From assembly GCA_002245135.1 (NCBI GenBank), contig NGBS01000022.1, positions 1-64,000 of the forward strand: DNA of 64,000 nucleotides, in the 5' to 3' direction. Each line of letters opens with the position of its first letter. Within the stretch, counting starts at the first letter, position 1. The position numbers and the translations under genes were made by a program. The notes under the pieces were generated by a model. It had not been told where the DNA came from and did no database searches. It worked only from the letters and a program-made list of their open reading frames with translations. Origin of the DNA: Proteromonas lacertae. Its lineage: Eukaryota. Below, one piece after another: positions 1-13,657 of the stretch.

Positions 1-666
1 CTGACAATAATTATCAAGCTCATATGTATTTTAGTTTTTCTTCTTGTTGTGGGTTTATTATGTCCATTAATCTCATTTTTCTTATGACGAATTACTTATG
101 TATGTTATTTCTACTAATTTACAAAGATTCTATCTATAACCCCACAAATATCTTACTCATGAAAATCTAATTTCGTATTAAGGTTATAACTAATTTAAGA
201 AACATGGTTAATAAACTTCATTCAGAATAATTGCATTACAAATAAAATGAATTTCAATTCAAAATAGCCTATATCAAAACTAAAGAAGATGAAAAAATAT
301 GTTCAAAATACCAAAAGCATAAATGATTCAAAATTACTATTTTTATTATTATCACCTGAAAATGGCGCAGTTAATTTACATGCTGTAAATAGCTATAATC
401 CAATATATAATGAATTAGCAAATTACTTAAAGGTCTATGTATTCAAAATTAAATGATACACATTATAATAATAAAACACTGGAATTTTGGAAGTATAATC
501 TAATTATCAAATAACTAGACTACAATAGATAAGATATGTATATGGAAGTTGGATGGAATTTAATTATAATTTTTGTTTTTGTTATATATTCTCACTAATA
601 TTATAGACATTTCGAAAATATAGACAGTAAAAAATGGGAATTATTTGAAAAGATTAAACAGAGAAA

Positions 667-3600
667 AATCTCCAGGAAATAGAATAGCAAACTCAGAGAT
701 GAATTATTGTAAACAGTTGAATCAAACTTAGATGCTCTAGATAGTGATTCTATTGCTTATGAACTTAACAATAAAATCAAATCACTAACATCATATTATA
801 CTCTGATGAAAAAGAAGTATTTTGTATTATTATTATTATGTGATTAGTATAAAATCTTTGGAAATGATAAAATCCAATATTCGATCAGATAAAATAAGAA
901 TTTATGTCAAGTAGAATGTTCAAATGAATATCAAAGAATCGAAGAAGAATATTACAATTCACAAGCAACAGCCAATATAAATGAATTAACTAGAAAGATA
1001 AATCAATATTCAAGTCTTATTAGAAGTCTAGATAAGCAATGGTATATATAAATATTCTATATATTATAGTGCAAAATATGATAAATTAATATCTGAATTT
1101 CCTGAAGAACAAGTTAAGAATGAATTATCATTATTCTTTGATGATAGATTCAAATTATTCAATTGCTAATGAATATGAACAGAATAAAGAATTATTAGAA
1201 CAATTAGAGAAGAATTACACTAATTATCAAGTAAATATCAATCAAAGAAAGAACCAATTATTATTCAATTTTAATGAAAAGAAGTATATTTAAAAATATT
1301 AATCTATTATATTTTAGAAAGAAAATAAACAATTTTAGTCATCATAGTAAAGGAGAACAGTTAAAAATCAATTACAGAATATAATTCAAATTGAAAAATG
1401 GTTTAAAGAACATCATGATTGCGATAATCTCAATTACTTAGAAGGATGTGAAAAATACAATTTATATTGTCTATTCTATGATAAAATAGTTATTCAAGAT
1501 TATTTGTATATTTTTATTGGTATATTGCTATGAAAATAGATCAGCAATAGAAGAAACAATAGATGAATTAGATGAAAAGATAAAACTGAAGAAGAATTTG
1601 AGATGTTAGAGAAAAGCAAATCAGAATTGTTAATGAAATGTTCAAGGATTTAAATTCCAATCAGCTGAAACAAATAAAAGAAAATCAAGATTATGCTACT
1701 ATCAAACCACAGCATTATCAAAATACTATCAATTAAGAGAATTTTCAGAAGAGGAAAGTAGAAAGTATAAAGATGAAATTAATAGTGATGATATAAATAC
1801 TCTTCAAACACTAATTAAAAAGATTCAGGAAGATATTAATAATTTGAATAAAACGAGAAAATCATGTGTAGAAGATGAGATAACTACAACAGGATCATCA
1901 TCAAAAGAAGAAGAAGAAATGCTTAAGCAACATATTGCAGATAAATTGTATTTCAATAATTTTATTGTTAATAGAGATGATATTTTTAAACTAACTGTTG
2001 ATAGTCCTGACTTATTAGATATTTTAAAAAGAATCTCAAAAGATTTAGAAAATAAAGAATTATCAACATTAGAACTGAACGAAATATATGAAAAATGTGA
2101 TAAAATATATAATACTCTATTGGAAAAAGTATATTTAGTTTATTATAATTACATTGTATAGATTGATAATAAAAGAAATGAAAGGACATTAACGCAAGAT
2201 AATACAACATCAACTACAACTGAAGGAACAACAACAACAACTACTACTACTACTTCATCTAATACAACTACTGGAATAACAAAAGATTATGATGATGATT
2301 CTTTCCTTCATTTACTTTTTCTCTTAACAATGAGGAAATAAAACTTCCACATATTAAATCATGTAAACCAAGAATTGTACCAGATGTAAAAGAAATTGAA
2401 TCAGGATTTTCATCTCATTCATATTCTACTTTGGCAGATAATACAAGTAAAATTGAATTGGATGATGGAAATGAATTTGTGTTATACTCATTTCGAAATG
2501 AAGAAAGAGAGTTAATGCAACAAAAGAATGACTTATATAACATTTGCATCAAGACAATAGACATTAGTAAATATAGAGATTATTACCTTCATAATTACAA
2601 TGTAATAAGAAATTAGAAGTATTTTATAAATAATATATTGATAGAAACTCATAGAAGCTATTCCAGATGTGAATAATACAAAGTTAATATTATATAAAAA
2701 CAAATACAACAGTTACTTAAAGAATATAATGAATTAGAATTTCAATCTTGAAGATTTGTTTGAAGAATATGATAATGAGAAGAAAAAAGAAATAAAAGAA
2801 TGTAAAGATCATCTGTATATTTATAAAATAGTTAATCTTAATAGAATAATACTAAATAATGCTGTAAATCAATATCCTGCTGAAGAACAATACAAAGTTG
2901 AAGCAAGAGAAGATTTGAAACATTATAAAGAATGGATAATAAATGAATGTATTAAAACAGATGAAGACTTGGGTGTTTTTAAATTTAAAGAAAAGATATG
3001 GAAGAGATATTAGATAGAATTAAAGTATTTAAATTATTATTATTTGTTATAATATAAAAAAATGTTGAATTTTATCATACATACAAGAGAAATATGATGA
3101 ATAAACAAAGATGGATAATGGATCTGCATAAGAGTATACATACAGATTATTCAGTTGAATTTTCACTTCATAAATCAAAAGAACTATATAATAAACAGAT
3201 AAATACAGTTGATACAAAAGAATATGAAGATGAAATAGAAGAACAAATACCAATCATTATAAATCAACATGTATATCATTATTATTAAATTAACATAGAA
3301 TTATTGTGTAGAAAAGAAGAATGAAGATGAATTATTCTTAGAGAATTTCTCAATGTTATTGTATTTTTATATTTATGCTTAAATTAGACAATATCTCCAA
3401 ATTGCATTAGCAGAGAGTTTAGAATTCAGTATAGATGAGAAGAAGAGAATAAAAAATGATCTTGATTATATGTTAAATGATTTAAAAAGGAGAAGACATT
3501 CAATAAACTTTTATAGAGATTCTAAAAAAAGAATCAAAAAGGATTATAATGAGTTATACAAAAGAATAAAAGTTAGATTATCTAGTTATTATAAAGTAAA

Positions 3601-4250
3601 ATTTGATGTATAAATATTATATATATTGTTTATATAATTTATCTTTATAGAAATGAATCTTTAAAAGTACAGAAGAAATGTTCACCATCATTTGATTTAT
3701 ATAAATTGAAATATTATACAATTGAAATGAAAAAGAAATTAATAAATATAACAGATAAAGATAAATATGATGTGATTGAAGATGAATATGAAAATGTAAA
3801 GGGTTTAATAGAACTAGTAAAAAATAAAGAAGATGCTTTTAGATATGATAAACTTCAATTTGAAAAGAATTTTCTACTTCAAGTAGTCTTTCCAAATGAA
3901 TGTGTATCAATAGAAGAATTCAGCGAAATAAAAAGTTGTAATGATAAAAAGAGAATAACAGAAACTTTACAATAATATGTATATTTTATTCTTCTTATAA
4001 TATGTATAGTTAACAGTAATACATGCTTATTGTACAAAGGAATATATTCAAAGAATATATAGAATATGTGAATGAAATAACTGATAAATATCATCAACTT
4101 CGAGATTAGATAAAGAAATCAAACTATTCTTAATGTTTTTAAGTCATATACAAAACATGATGAGAATTTTTTCTCATTGAATAATATGAATTTATATTTC
4201 TACTCTGAACAAATCAAGATAATGAAAACATCACTAAATATAGATAAATA
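667..4250 (+). pseudogene. 5'-truncated, frameshifted copy of the C-terminal part of the Hsp110-like gene (full copy 26896-32864)
   Basis: Same exons as copy B, but the Hsp70 nucleotide-binding domain is missing and there are many 1-2 nt deletions in homopolymers (e.g. tgtaaacag vs tgtaaaacag; ctttcc vs cttttcc). Confidence 0.8.
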
Positions 4251-5104
4251 ATCTGTAATAATCTAGATTGATTTGCCTCTTATTGTTGTGTTTATTTCCT
4301 CCGAAAAACTCAGATTTGCTTATGTGTGTTAATTCTACAATCTCTGCAGAAAAATTCTATATATTAAGCTAATAATATACATTCAATAATATATCATTTT
4401 ATTATCATCTATATCAACTAATTTTGTAGAATAACTAATATATGGTAAATCTTAAATTAACTATCTACTGATGATTGAGTATAGAATTGTTGATTCTCAG
4501 GTTGTAATCATTTCCAAAATTGATAATCTAACCTTTTGTTTTTCATCATATTACAATAACAAGAAACACTAAAGATTGTTATTTATCAACCTCCTTGTAA
4601 TACTTCATCAACGATCACAAGGTTTCAATGATATTAAAGAATATCCTCATTCATTAACACTTGATAATAACTAATTCAATACAAACCATTCAGTTTCTCA
4701 TTCAGTTGTTCAGTGAGGTTAATATTTTATATTATACTTAAATGATGTGAAATAATCCTTCTGCATTTATTATATTCATATGTATATTATCCATAAGGGA
4801 ATTTGAATCGACATTAATATTCTGTTTACCATTAATATATGCATTTACCTGTGGTTGAATTTAAAAACCAATAATCTATATTTATATTAAATTTCATTGT
4901 CAATAACACTAACTATCACTAAAACTTATTATTCATCATTTACATCATCATGTCATATGCAATATGCATTAATAAATCATAATAGAGTATAATTGTTTTT
5001 ATCACACCATCTGCAATAGAATTATATCACATTTTAAGTTTTGGGTTATTCAAAATTTTGATAAAAATCAAATTTCGTTATTTTTGTTATATATTTCCAT
5101 AAAG

Positions 5105-7225
5105 ATGATAATAAAAGTGAATAAAAGCATAAGAGAAGAGGGGTATATTTTATATTTATTTTTATGATAGATTATGTCGAAAATTGGTCGAAAGTGGTTT
5201 TGGTGATATAGAAGTGAAGATTGGAGATAGTCGAATAATGTCAATCAAGTCAATTTTAGTGAATGGAAATGAGACTGTAAAGAAACTGTTGTTAGATTGT
5301 GAGTTTGTTGGAGTTTTGGAGTTATATGAAGAAATCGAAGAAATTGGCTATTATGAGATGGAGAAATACTACAGTGGTGGTGAACTGATAATGTGTAAAG
5401 AGAGTGTATGTGAAGTGTTGATGTTTTGTTTATGTTATTGTGAAAAAGAGATAATAAATGATTGTTATGAATTTGTGAAGAATAATATAGATGATGAAGT
5501 ATTAATGAAATTAATTCATATATGTAATGTATTTGGTGGATGTTTGAGAGAGATAGAAGACTTGAAAAATATGGAAATAGAAAAGCGAGGATATAAATAT
5601 TTATATAAGAATGAATATTTGTTGAGATTAGAAATGAATAATTTGATAGAGATATTAAATATGAGAGATGTGATAATAGTGAATGAGTTATGGTTATTAA
5701 ATCGGTTATTGGAATGGTATAAATTCCAAAAGAATGAGAAAGAAAATAAAGAAATACAAGATGATTTTAAACAATTGATAGAAGAAGATATTGATTGTGA
5801 AAAGATAAAAGAGAAAGAGATAGAAAAAGAGAATAAAGAAATGTTGAAAGACTTGAAAATAGAATTAAAGAAAAATGAATGTAAAAATCATATAGAATTA
5901 TATTTAATAAAAGATGAGAGAATTCAAAATGTAATAATCAACAATTACAATGAAGATAATAAAGAAGAAGAATTTAAAGAAGAAGAAAGAAGAATATTGG
6001 ATAGAATGAAAGAAGAAGAGTTAAATGATGAAATAATGTGTATATTAGAAATGAATAACATAAAGATGAGTGAAATAGTATTGATGATAATGAAATATAA
6101 AAATGTGAAAATGGAAAGTATAAATACTAAAAATATATTTAAATAGAATATATCTCAAATATAGAAAAGAGAAACATGTTGGACAGATTATGTATAGAAT
6201 ATAATGAGAGTAAAAGAAATCGAACAATGAAAAGTATATGTTTGTTTGTTGATGATAAAAAGAATATATCAATAATAGAAAAAGTATGTGGAAAAGAAAT
6301 TCTTTTTAGAATATTGAATGAAGATAATTATTTAAATTCCAAATCCAAAGAAATATTAATAGAATATATAAAAGAAATGAGTATGAGTATGGAAGAAGAA
6401 GAAGAAATGATAAAAATAATGAAAGATAAAGAATTATTGGAAGAATTAAAAACAAAAGAAATCACATCATTTTCATATTCTCAATCAGATTATTCATTTA
6501 TATTAGATGAAGAAATGTTAATAATTCCTTCATTTGATGGAAATCGATGTGAATTTTCAATCAATCCTTCAATACTTGATGGAATAATGATAAATAAAGA
6601 AAATGGAATAATTGATGGAAAAGTGGATAAAGATATAGAAAAGTGTGAATATGAAATTAGTTGTAAGAATATTCTAAATGAAAATAAATTCAAAATATCA
6701 TTAGAATTTAAAGAAGGAAGATTCACAGAATTTAACAAAACTAAAGGAATATTAATCTCAAATAATGGAAAAACAATAACAAATACAATTCGTGGTTTTA
6801 ATCATTGTTATATGAATTTGAAAATGAAAAATGGAATTTATCATATCAAATATCAATTTCATCAAAATGGAAGTGAATTTAATGATATAATGTTAGGATT
6901 ATCAACTAATAATACATATTCTAATAATTGTATTTATGAACTATTAACAACATGTAATTATTATGCATATAAAGGTAAAAGTAAAGATATTACTTATTAT
7001 TGTAATATTGGAAGAGTTGTGAATAAAAATCCAAATTTCAATAATCATAGAGATGGTTCAGTTTATGAAGTGATTGTTGATATGAATAAAAGAGAATTTT
7101 GGATTAGCCATAATAATTCATCTCCTGTTTTACTTGTTAAAGATTTACCTTCTCCATTATATCCATATGCTGTATTAGTATATGAAAACACCTCAATAGA
7201 ATTATTATCAGTTTCTCATCATTAA
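5105..7225 (+). CDS. BTB/BACK-like + putative Ig (He_PIG-like) + SPRY/B30.2 domain protein, copy A
   Basis: ATG 5105; introns 5143-5170 and 6118-6146 join the 320-aa and 349-aa ORFs in frame. BACK-like IVNELWLLNRLLEW; He_PIG-like FSINPSILDGIMINKENGIIDGK; SPRY-like ILISNNGKTIT...VIVDMNKREFWISHN...DLPSPLYPYAVL. Confidence 0.75.
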
Positions 7226-7794
7226 AGTTATATAATATGAATTTTTATAACATTTTCATTCTTCATATTGTGTTGCTGTTTATATTTACACATAAACAAA
7301 GAAAATATAAAAATAGCTTGAATTACTATTATGAAGGCTTGATTCTCATTTTTATAAAAATCAAAATAAAAAGTGATGCAATTATTTATTTTAATATAAT
7401 TGACTTTATAATAGTTATGATAAGAAGTAATAAAAAGAATATAGTGAAATGAGGAATAAATTCCATCAGATAACCATTTTTGTGTATTTGAAGTATTTGA
7501 TGTTATTTATTATGATGTTGTTTATCAACATCCAATGCAGCTAATAGAAGTAGTGATATATCACATTTACCTCATTTGAGTTGATAATGATGTATTTATA
7601 TGTAAAATTAGATGTATTATCTGTTTTCTTACCAATCGTTGAATTCCTTTTAAACTGATTTAATTGAATCAATATAACTCGTAATACCTTACCGAAATGG
7701 TTAATTGAGTTTTATTATTTCAAACAGATAAGAATGAAGAATGGTAATATTTGTTGATATTATTCTACAAATGATTGTATTATATTATATTGTA

Positions 7795-8216
7795 TATGAT
7801 TCATTTCCACCCAATAAAACAATTTTAATAAAAGATGTAAAAGCTGTTGATTTAACAAGACAAAGTGAAATGAGTGTGAGATCTTCAGCTTCAAAAGTAA
7901 ATTTTAACACAATTTGATTTTTTATTTGAACATATAAAATATACAGTAAAAATTAAAGATGCATCAAGTAAAAAGAAAGATAGATAAAGTATTATTGAAT
8001 GATATAAGTGGATATGTTCTATCTCACAGTATAATAGTGTTAATGTGAGAAAGTGGAGTTGGTAAAAGAACATTATTAGATGTATTAGCAAATAGAAAAA
8101 CACAAAGGAAAGATTGAAGGTAAATTGTTATTGAATGATAAGCGATATAAAATGAAAGATTTATGTATGATAAGTGGATATGTTGAACAACTAGATAGTG
8201 GTTTAGCATTATGTAT
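7795..8216 (+). pseudogene. ABCG/PDR transporter nucleotide-binding-domain fragment (copy A), cut off at the GC-richer insert
   Basis: Frameshifted KVLLNDISGYV and SGVGKRTLLDVLANRKT (degenerate Walker A region), then ISGYVEQLD. Confidence 0.8.
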
Positions 8217-9106
8217 GGTAAAGCATCGTTGTACTTTGCATGGATCTTGCATTGCTTTTCGGAAATCATTAGCATCTGGTTCTTCAGCTCCTCGGAGATG
8301 TTCCTCCAGCAATTGAGCTCTCCATTGTAACTCAGGATTTTGAGGAGGCTCTTGAGGTTGTTATTGTTGTTGTTGAACTCCTTGAATTACAACTGCTTGA
8401 GTAGGAATACCTCCTTGAGGGATGCATTGAGGGAACTGAGGGTGTGGAGGTTGATAAGCATTAATAGAGAAGTAATGATGAAAGATAATTACAGGTTGAA
8501 TAAAGTTACCTTCTGTTGTAGCTTCATCCTTTAAGCAGAACATGAAGACTTTAACAACATTATTGTAGATATTCTGCTTAAAGGCAAGAGCTTCATGTTG
8601 CCTCTCTTCCAGAGAGTTGCATTGAGAGTACCTGCTCGGGGAGTTAAAACATAGGTGGCGATGGTAATCTGAAGATGCTTAGGGAAGGTTGGATCTTGTT
8701 GAGTTGCAATGGCTGCATTGTATCATAAGCTCTTGGTAAACATCTCGGTGTTGTTAATATCATACTCAGAGATATTTTCAACCATGACTTAAACATAGAA
8801 GGGTAGTTGATCTCGCTTAAGGAAGTAGTGCCAGTATTTACCACAGATACGGAGTTGGGGCTTCTCAGGTTGTAATTGTCGTTGTTGTTCATCATTGGTA
8901 ACACTGAAGCTGGATTGAAAGAAGGAGCATCAATAGAATACAGCATCAATAGAACCTACAAAGGACACTTTAAAGGAACCTTAGAACCATCCTCGGTTCT
9001 GTTGATGAACTTTTCTTTGGAAGAGTTCTTCTCTTAGAATACTCCTTGAAAGAATTCCGTAGGAGCAGTAAAAGAAACAATCAAATGAATCTTTAACCTT
9101 CAAGCG
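8217..9106 (-). other. Decayed, intronless, GC-richer coding-like insert of unknown origin
   Basis: Roughly 35-45% GC by eye, against ~20-25% around it. Minus-strand reading frames with C-ending codons are broken by stops and frameshifts (QLQPEKPQLRICGKYWHYFLKRDQLPFYV, QQDPTFPKHLQITIATYVLTPRAGTLNATLWKRG, QPPHPQFPQCIPQGG). Confidence 0.6.
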
Positions 9107-9719
9107 TATTTTGAATCAGACAGTAAATATGGATGAAAATGTAAGTTGTGGATGTTGCTATTATAGTTTGATAATAAAAAAATATGGAATGTAAATATAG
9201 AATGGGATATTAGTAAGTATGAAGAGATGTGTAGAATGAATGTTATTAATTTCAATATTAATTCCATTATAAAATCAGATCATTTTGTAAATATTGAAGT
9301 AGATGATGATGATGATAATTATTATCAATTATTAATGATGAATCATAAATGGTTAATTGATAGAAATAAAAATACAAAGGAAGAAGATATGAAAAGAAAT
9401 GATTTTGAAACAGATTGGTATATTATTAATATAATATAATTATTATAAATTATTAAATAGTAATGAGAAAATAAGAAGTATAAATGATAACAATGATATA
9501 AATATGGAATATAAAGAGTTGCTCATTTCATTTATCGAGAGTAAAAAGACAATATTAGAGAATAAAGATATAGTAAATAATAGAATAGCTGTATATCATA
9601 GAATATGTAAACTTTCAACAAAAGATGTGAGTAAAATAATAGAAAAGGAAATAGGATATTGAAAGGTGAAATACAAAGAGATACAAGTAAATACAAAAGA
9701 TGATGAAAACGAAAAGAAA
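9107..9719 (+). pseudogene. Displaced internal fragment of the Hsp110-like gene (matches ~30957-31624 inverted)
   Basis: tattttgaatcagacagtaaatatgg matches the reverse complement ending at ~31624. The same intron is retained, and the PDDDNNGDDEEE tract is deleted. Confidence 0.85.
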
Positions 9720-9974
9720 GCATATATAAATATAAATCATAGTAATAATTTACAATTTACATATTCTTTAGAAATATAATCTATGGATTAAGAAGAAGAT
9801 GTTGATGAGTAAGAAAAAGAAAATAATGAAGACATTTAAAACTGTTTATAAAAAATTGAAGAAAATTAAAGTTTTCTAAAATTTTTGATTATTGTTATGA
9901 AAAAAAATTAAAATACACACAAACATACTAATAACTATACACAAAGATTAAATCGAAACATATTAAATGATAAT

Positions 9975-11273
9975 TTATCCAATTTTATAAGGACATTGAA
10001 AAATGTGAATCAACAATCTCAGAGGTTCAATTGATATATGACCACAGTATTTACAAGTGAATTGAGGTTCATTTAATGTATCATATAATCCTATACTAAT
10101 CATAATATCTGCTTGAATCATTGTATATCTCAACATCGATTTGATATACTTCTCAGGAATACTATTCATCTTCCTAACAAACCTAAAAGCTTGACCAAGA
10201 CATGATACTCTATCATTAATAATCGTATAAATGTAAATTATATCTTTGACAGAATAAGTATAATTATAAATTTTAGCATTATTATAATTCATTAATAAAT
10301 GTTTAATATCTTTAGAAGGAAATGGAACATTTAATATTCTAATAAACAAATCCATAGCTTCTTCTAATGTTAATAAATTAATAGAATTACTTAAGTTACA
10401 AATATGAAATAATATAGAAATAATGCTTTCTATTCTTGTATGTAAAGTCCAGTAATTATTTAACTCATTATTTAAATTTTTGAATATACTTTTAGCTTTG
10501 TTATAATAATATTTCTTTAATTGCTTATTCTTCTTTATAAAGGATAAATGAGAATTAACTCTTGTATTAGCATCATATAGAATATTATTCCTATATATTC
10601 GTCTATTTCTTTCTTTTTCTCTTATATCTAACAGCACATTATTCCGTCTAAATATTGATTGTAATAATATGATTTTTTTTTCATCATACTTTAACTTTAA
10701 TTCTTCTATTTCTCTATTCTTTTCAAAATCTGTGAATGGATATACAACATTGTTTGAATTATCTTCTTTGTCATTCTTCTCATTACTACATTTATTCATA
10801 TTACTATTATCCTCACTATTATCTACATCTGGAATATTCGGCAAACTACATCTATACTCGTTTTCTTTAAATCTTGATCCCCTAGCTGCAATTTTTTGGA
10901 TAAGTGATGGCTATATCAATAAAAATAAAAAATATCATACTCCTTGAATTGATCCACTCCTAGAAGACATATTTCTTGATTCATTAACGGAAAGAGAAAT
11001 GGCACTAGTATGGATGGTATTAATTGTAGATGAGCCTGCTTTTATAGAATTCACTGGAACTTCAGGTTTGTATGGCTGAACAGGTGTATTAGGTAAATCA
11101 ACAACTTGGAATTCATGGAACGAATTTCTATCATGATTAACACTCGGTATGCTACCTGTTGAGCATCTTTTCATGGGTCTTGGGGATTTAATTAGATCTT
11201 TTGCAGATGGTTGACTTAAAAACTTCTGCGCAACGCTAAATCTATCTGGCTTTTCTATTAGAGGAGAGTCCAT
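9975..11273 (-). CDS. Hypothetical protein with an IQ-like motif and a C-terminal zinc-finger-like motif
   Basis: Two ORFs joined by a ~30-nt intron (~10909-10939). IQ-like IILLQSIFRRNNVL; CKYC...HIFQC at the C-terminus. Confidence 0.65.
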
Positions 11274-11443
11274 AAGTCATAAACGAATTCTATTTGCTAA
11301 CTGCTGTAATTAGAATAAAAATTACGAATAACAGAATTCTATTTTCGGGTGTTTTATTTCTGCACCAAAATTTTGAAGAATTATCAAAAAATAAAAACAC
11401 AACAAATATTATAAAATACATAAGATATATAAATTACATAAGT

Positions 11444-12622
11444 TTATCTATCACTGATTTCAAATTGACCTAAGAAATCTTCTGTTACAGTTGGTTTATT
11501 AAGATATTCTCTTTCCTCTTTTTTTCTATCTGCTTCCATATGTGCTAGCATCTCATTATATTTCTATAAACAGAATAATACACCATACAAATATAAAATA
11601 TATACATTTCTTTGATCTTGTGCTTCTTTTCTTTCACATTCATCTCTATAAGCTTTAGCAGTAGCATCAGCTCTTTGTTGATCCAAATATCTCTGCCAAT
11701 TAGCTTCATCTTGTCTCTCTCTTTCTCTTCTCTCCTCATCTTCTTGTATTTGTTTTAATTGCATTTCTTTTATTGCTTGTACTTCTTCTGGAGTCATACC
11801 TCTATAGTGATCAGGCCTTTCGTGAAAATCTTCATGATCTTCCCTCATAAACTTCATTGCTATTGTATCTTCTAGTAGAGGTTGGTCACTAATCCATTTA
11901 TTATATGCATCTTCTCTTTCCTTCTTCTCAGCTGCTTGAATTCTATTGAAGTGATTAATTTCATCTTTTTTCTTTGCATCTTCTGCTGCCTTCTTTCTAG
12001 CCATCTCTTCAGCTAATTCACACATACGTTTCACACGTTGTCTTTCTCTTTCCTCTGCTTCTCTCTCTAATCTTCTTCTTTCTTCTAATTCAGCTTGTTG
12101 TTGCTCTGACCATTTCATATTCTGTAGAGCTTGCAATCTTTGACGTTCTGGATATTGTAAATCTTCACCTGCAAATATTTGAGCTGAAGATATTCCTAGT
12201 GTTTGGTCATAATCACCCATTCTTGCTGGTCGATCTGGCTCTGGAGGTACTATTGCCTCAGCTTGTCTTCTATTGAATTGACGCATTTCTTCAGCGTGTT
12301 TTGCTCTATCCATTTCTCTTTCATATTCTATTTCTGCCATTCTTTGACTCAATTCACGCATCTCTTGCTCGTATTTCAGTTGAGCTAATCGTTCTATTTC
12401 TTGCTGCATTTTATGTTCCATAATCTGTTGTTTACGTCCATCTTCTGTTTCTTTACATCTCCTATCACGAAGTTCTTGACATGGTTTTCTTGCTATTTTT
12501 CTGGCTTTGGCAGCTTGGACATGTAATCTATCTTTTAACTCTGTTTCAGTTTCTATTGAATTGCATATAAACCATATTATAAGAATACCTAAAGGTAAAG
12601 GTTCTATAAGGCTCTTCTCCAT
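11444..12622 (-). CDS. RIB43A: RIB43A-domain coiled-coil protein (axonemal microtubule inner protein family)
   Basis: Family-like motifs GISSAQIFAGEDL, PDHYRGMTPEE..AI...Q..Q and the spliced C-terminus NKPTVTEDFLGQFEISDR*. Two short introns. Confidence 0.8.
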
Positions 12623-12709
12623 CAAAAATAGCAAAACGGTTTTTAAAAAATGAAAAAACTAAAACTAATTTTAATCCTTAACCGCATATTTGATTTAAAT
12701 TGATTTAGA

Positions 12710-13657
12710 ATGAGATTTAGATCAAAAACAACACCACTGGTGATGCAGTTGGAAAGATTAGTCAGAGGAAAAGGAATATCACCAGTATATTTTGCATCAT
12801 ATAATAATTTCATAAAAATAGCCACCTTATTTGAGAGCATTACAAGTAGTACCACCACCCACTATGACATGGTATCACAAAGATTTAATCAATTTTACAT
12901 CAAGAGAAGAGAGATTGAAAATGTATTTTTCACATTAGATTTATTAAATAGTAAATTCATTGAAAAGTTTCCAAGTCACGGTGAAGAAATAGTAAGTGCA
13001 ACACCCACAAAAACTAATTATGTTGCTAACGAGTTTGTGAAAAAGCAAATTAAGTTAATGAATTCAGGAATGAGTGAATCAATGGCATTCCGTCAAGTTG
13101 AAAGTCAATTCCTTAAAGAAATAAGCGAAGTTGGAGATAGAACTGATTTATTATATCAACAAATGCAAAAGAATATAGGCAAAACTTCATCTGAAAGAAC
13201 AAAGAAGAAAACTCAAGTGTCTCGATTTAATGTTGATTTCATAAGATCACAAAGGTTTAAACAATTTTATGAGAAACAAATGGGATGGGTGAAAGTAGAA
13301 AAACCAGTAGAAGGAAATGAATTTAGTTTTGATAATTTAGTAGCTATATTAAATAAGAAAAGTGGTGAAGATAGTAAAACCAATAAAAATAATACAAAAT
13401 CTAATAAAACAGAAATAGTAGCAGCTATAGGAGAGAAAGAAAAAGAAAAAGATAAGAGTGTAGGTCAAAAAGAAGTGAAAAAGGATGATGATTCAAAAGA
13501 TGAAAGTAGTAAAACAACAAATAAAAAGGATAAAGAAGAAAAGACAAAGAAAGAAATGAAGAAAATTAAAGGAAGTGATGGATCTAAAGAGAAGACGAGT
13601 GGAAGTGGAAAAGAAAGTAAGAAAAAAGAGAAAAAAACAAAATCAAAATCAAAGTAG
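12710..13657 (+). CDS. Probable mitochondrial ribosomal protein mS23/Rsm25-like with a Lys-rich tail
   Basis: Intronless 315-aa ORF with an Arg/Ser-rich N-terminus. ANEFVKKQIKLMNSGMSESMAFRQVESQF resembles the mS23 core. Confidence 0.5.
   Translation: MRFRSKTTPLVMQLERLVRGKGISPVYFASYNNFIKIATLFESITSSTTTHYDMVSQRFNQFYIKRREIENVFFTLDLLNSKFIEKFPSHGEEIVSATPTKTNYVANEFVKKQIKLMNSGMSESMAFRQVESQFLKEISEVGDRTDLLYQQMQKNIGKTSSERTKKKTQVSRFNVDFIRSQRFKQFYEKQMGWVKVEKPVEGNEFSFDNLVAILNKKSGEDSKTNKNNTKSNKTEIVAAIGEKEKEKDKSVGQKEVKKDDDSKDESSKTTNKKDKEEKTKKEMKKIKGSDGSKEKTSGSGKESKKKEKKTKSKSK

Larger units (their letters stand above)
667..8216 (+). repeat. Segmental duplication copy A (inverted relative to B at 22927-30501; direct relative to C)
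   Basis: aatctccaggaaatagaatagc at 667 is the reverse complement of the sequence ending at 30501. Identity continues to gtttagca(t/a)tatgtat at ~8216, matching ~22927. The ORF track gives the same peptides on opposite strands. Confidence 0.95.

Noticed and set aside
1..660. Possible gene fragment before copy A
   Set aside because: No consistent frame or recognisable domain could be reconstructed.
6147..6175. Two separate genes, or stop readthrough, between the 320-aa and 349-aa ORFs
   Set aside because: A 29-nt GT-AG intron (6118-6146) removes the TAG and joins them in frame.
7237..7452. 71-aa ORF repeated at 37023-37238
   Set aside because: It is AT-rich 3'-flank sequence, identical only because of the duplication, and the frame is shorter in copy B.
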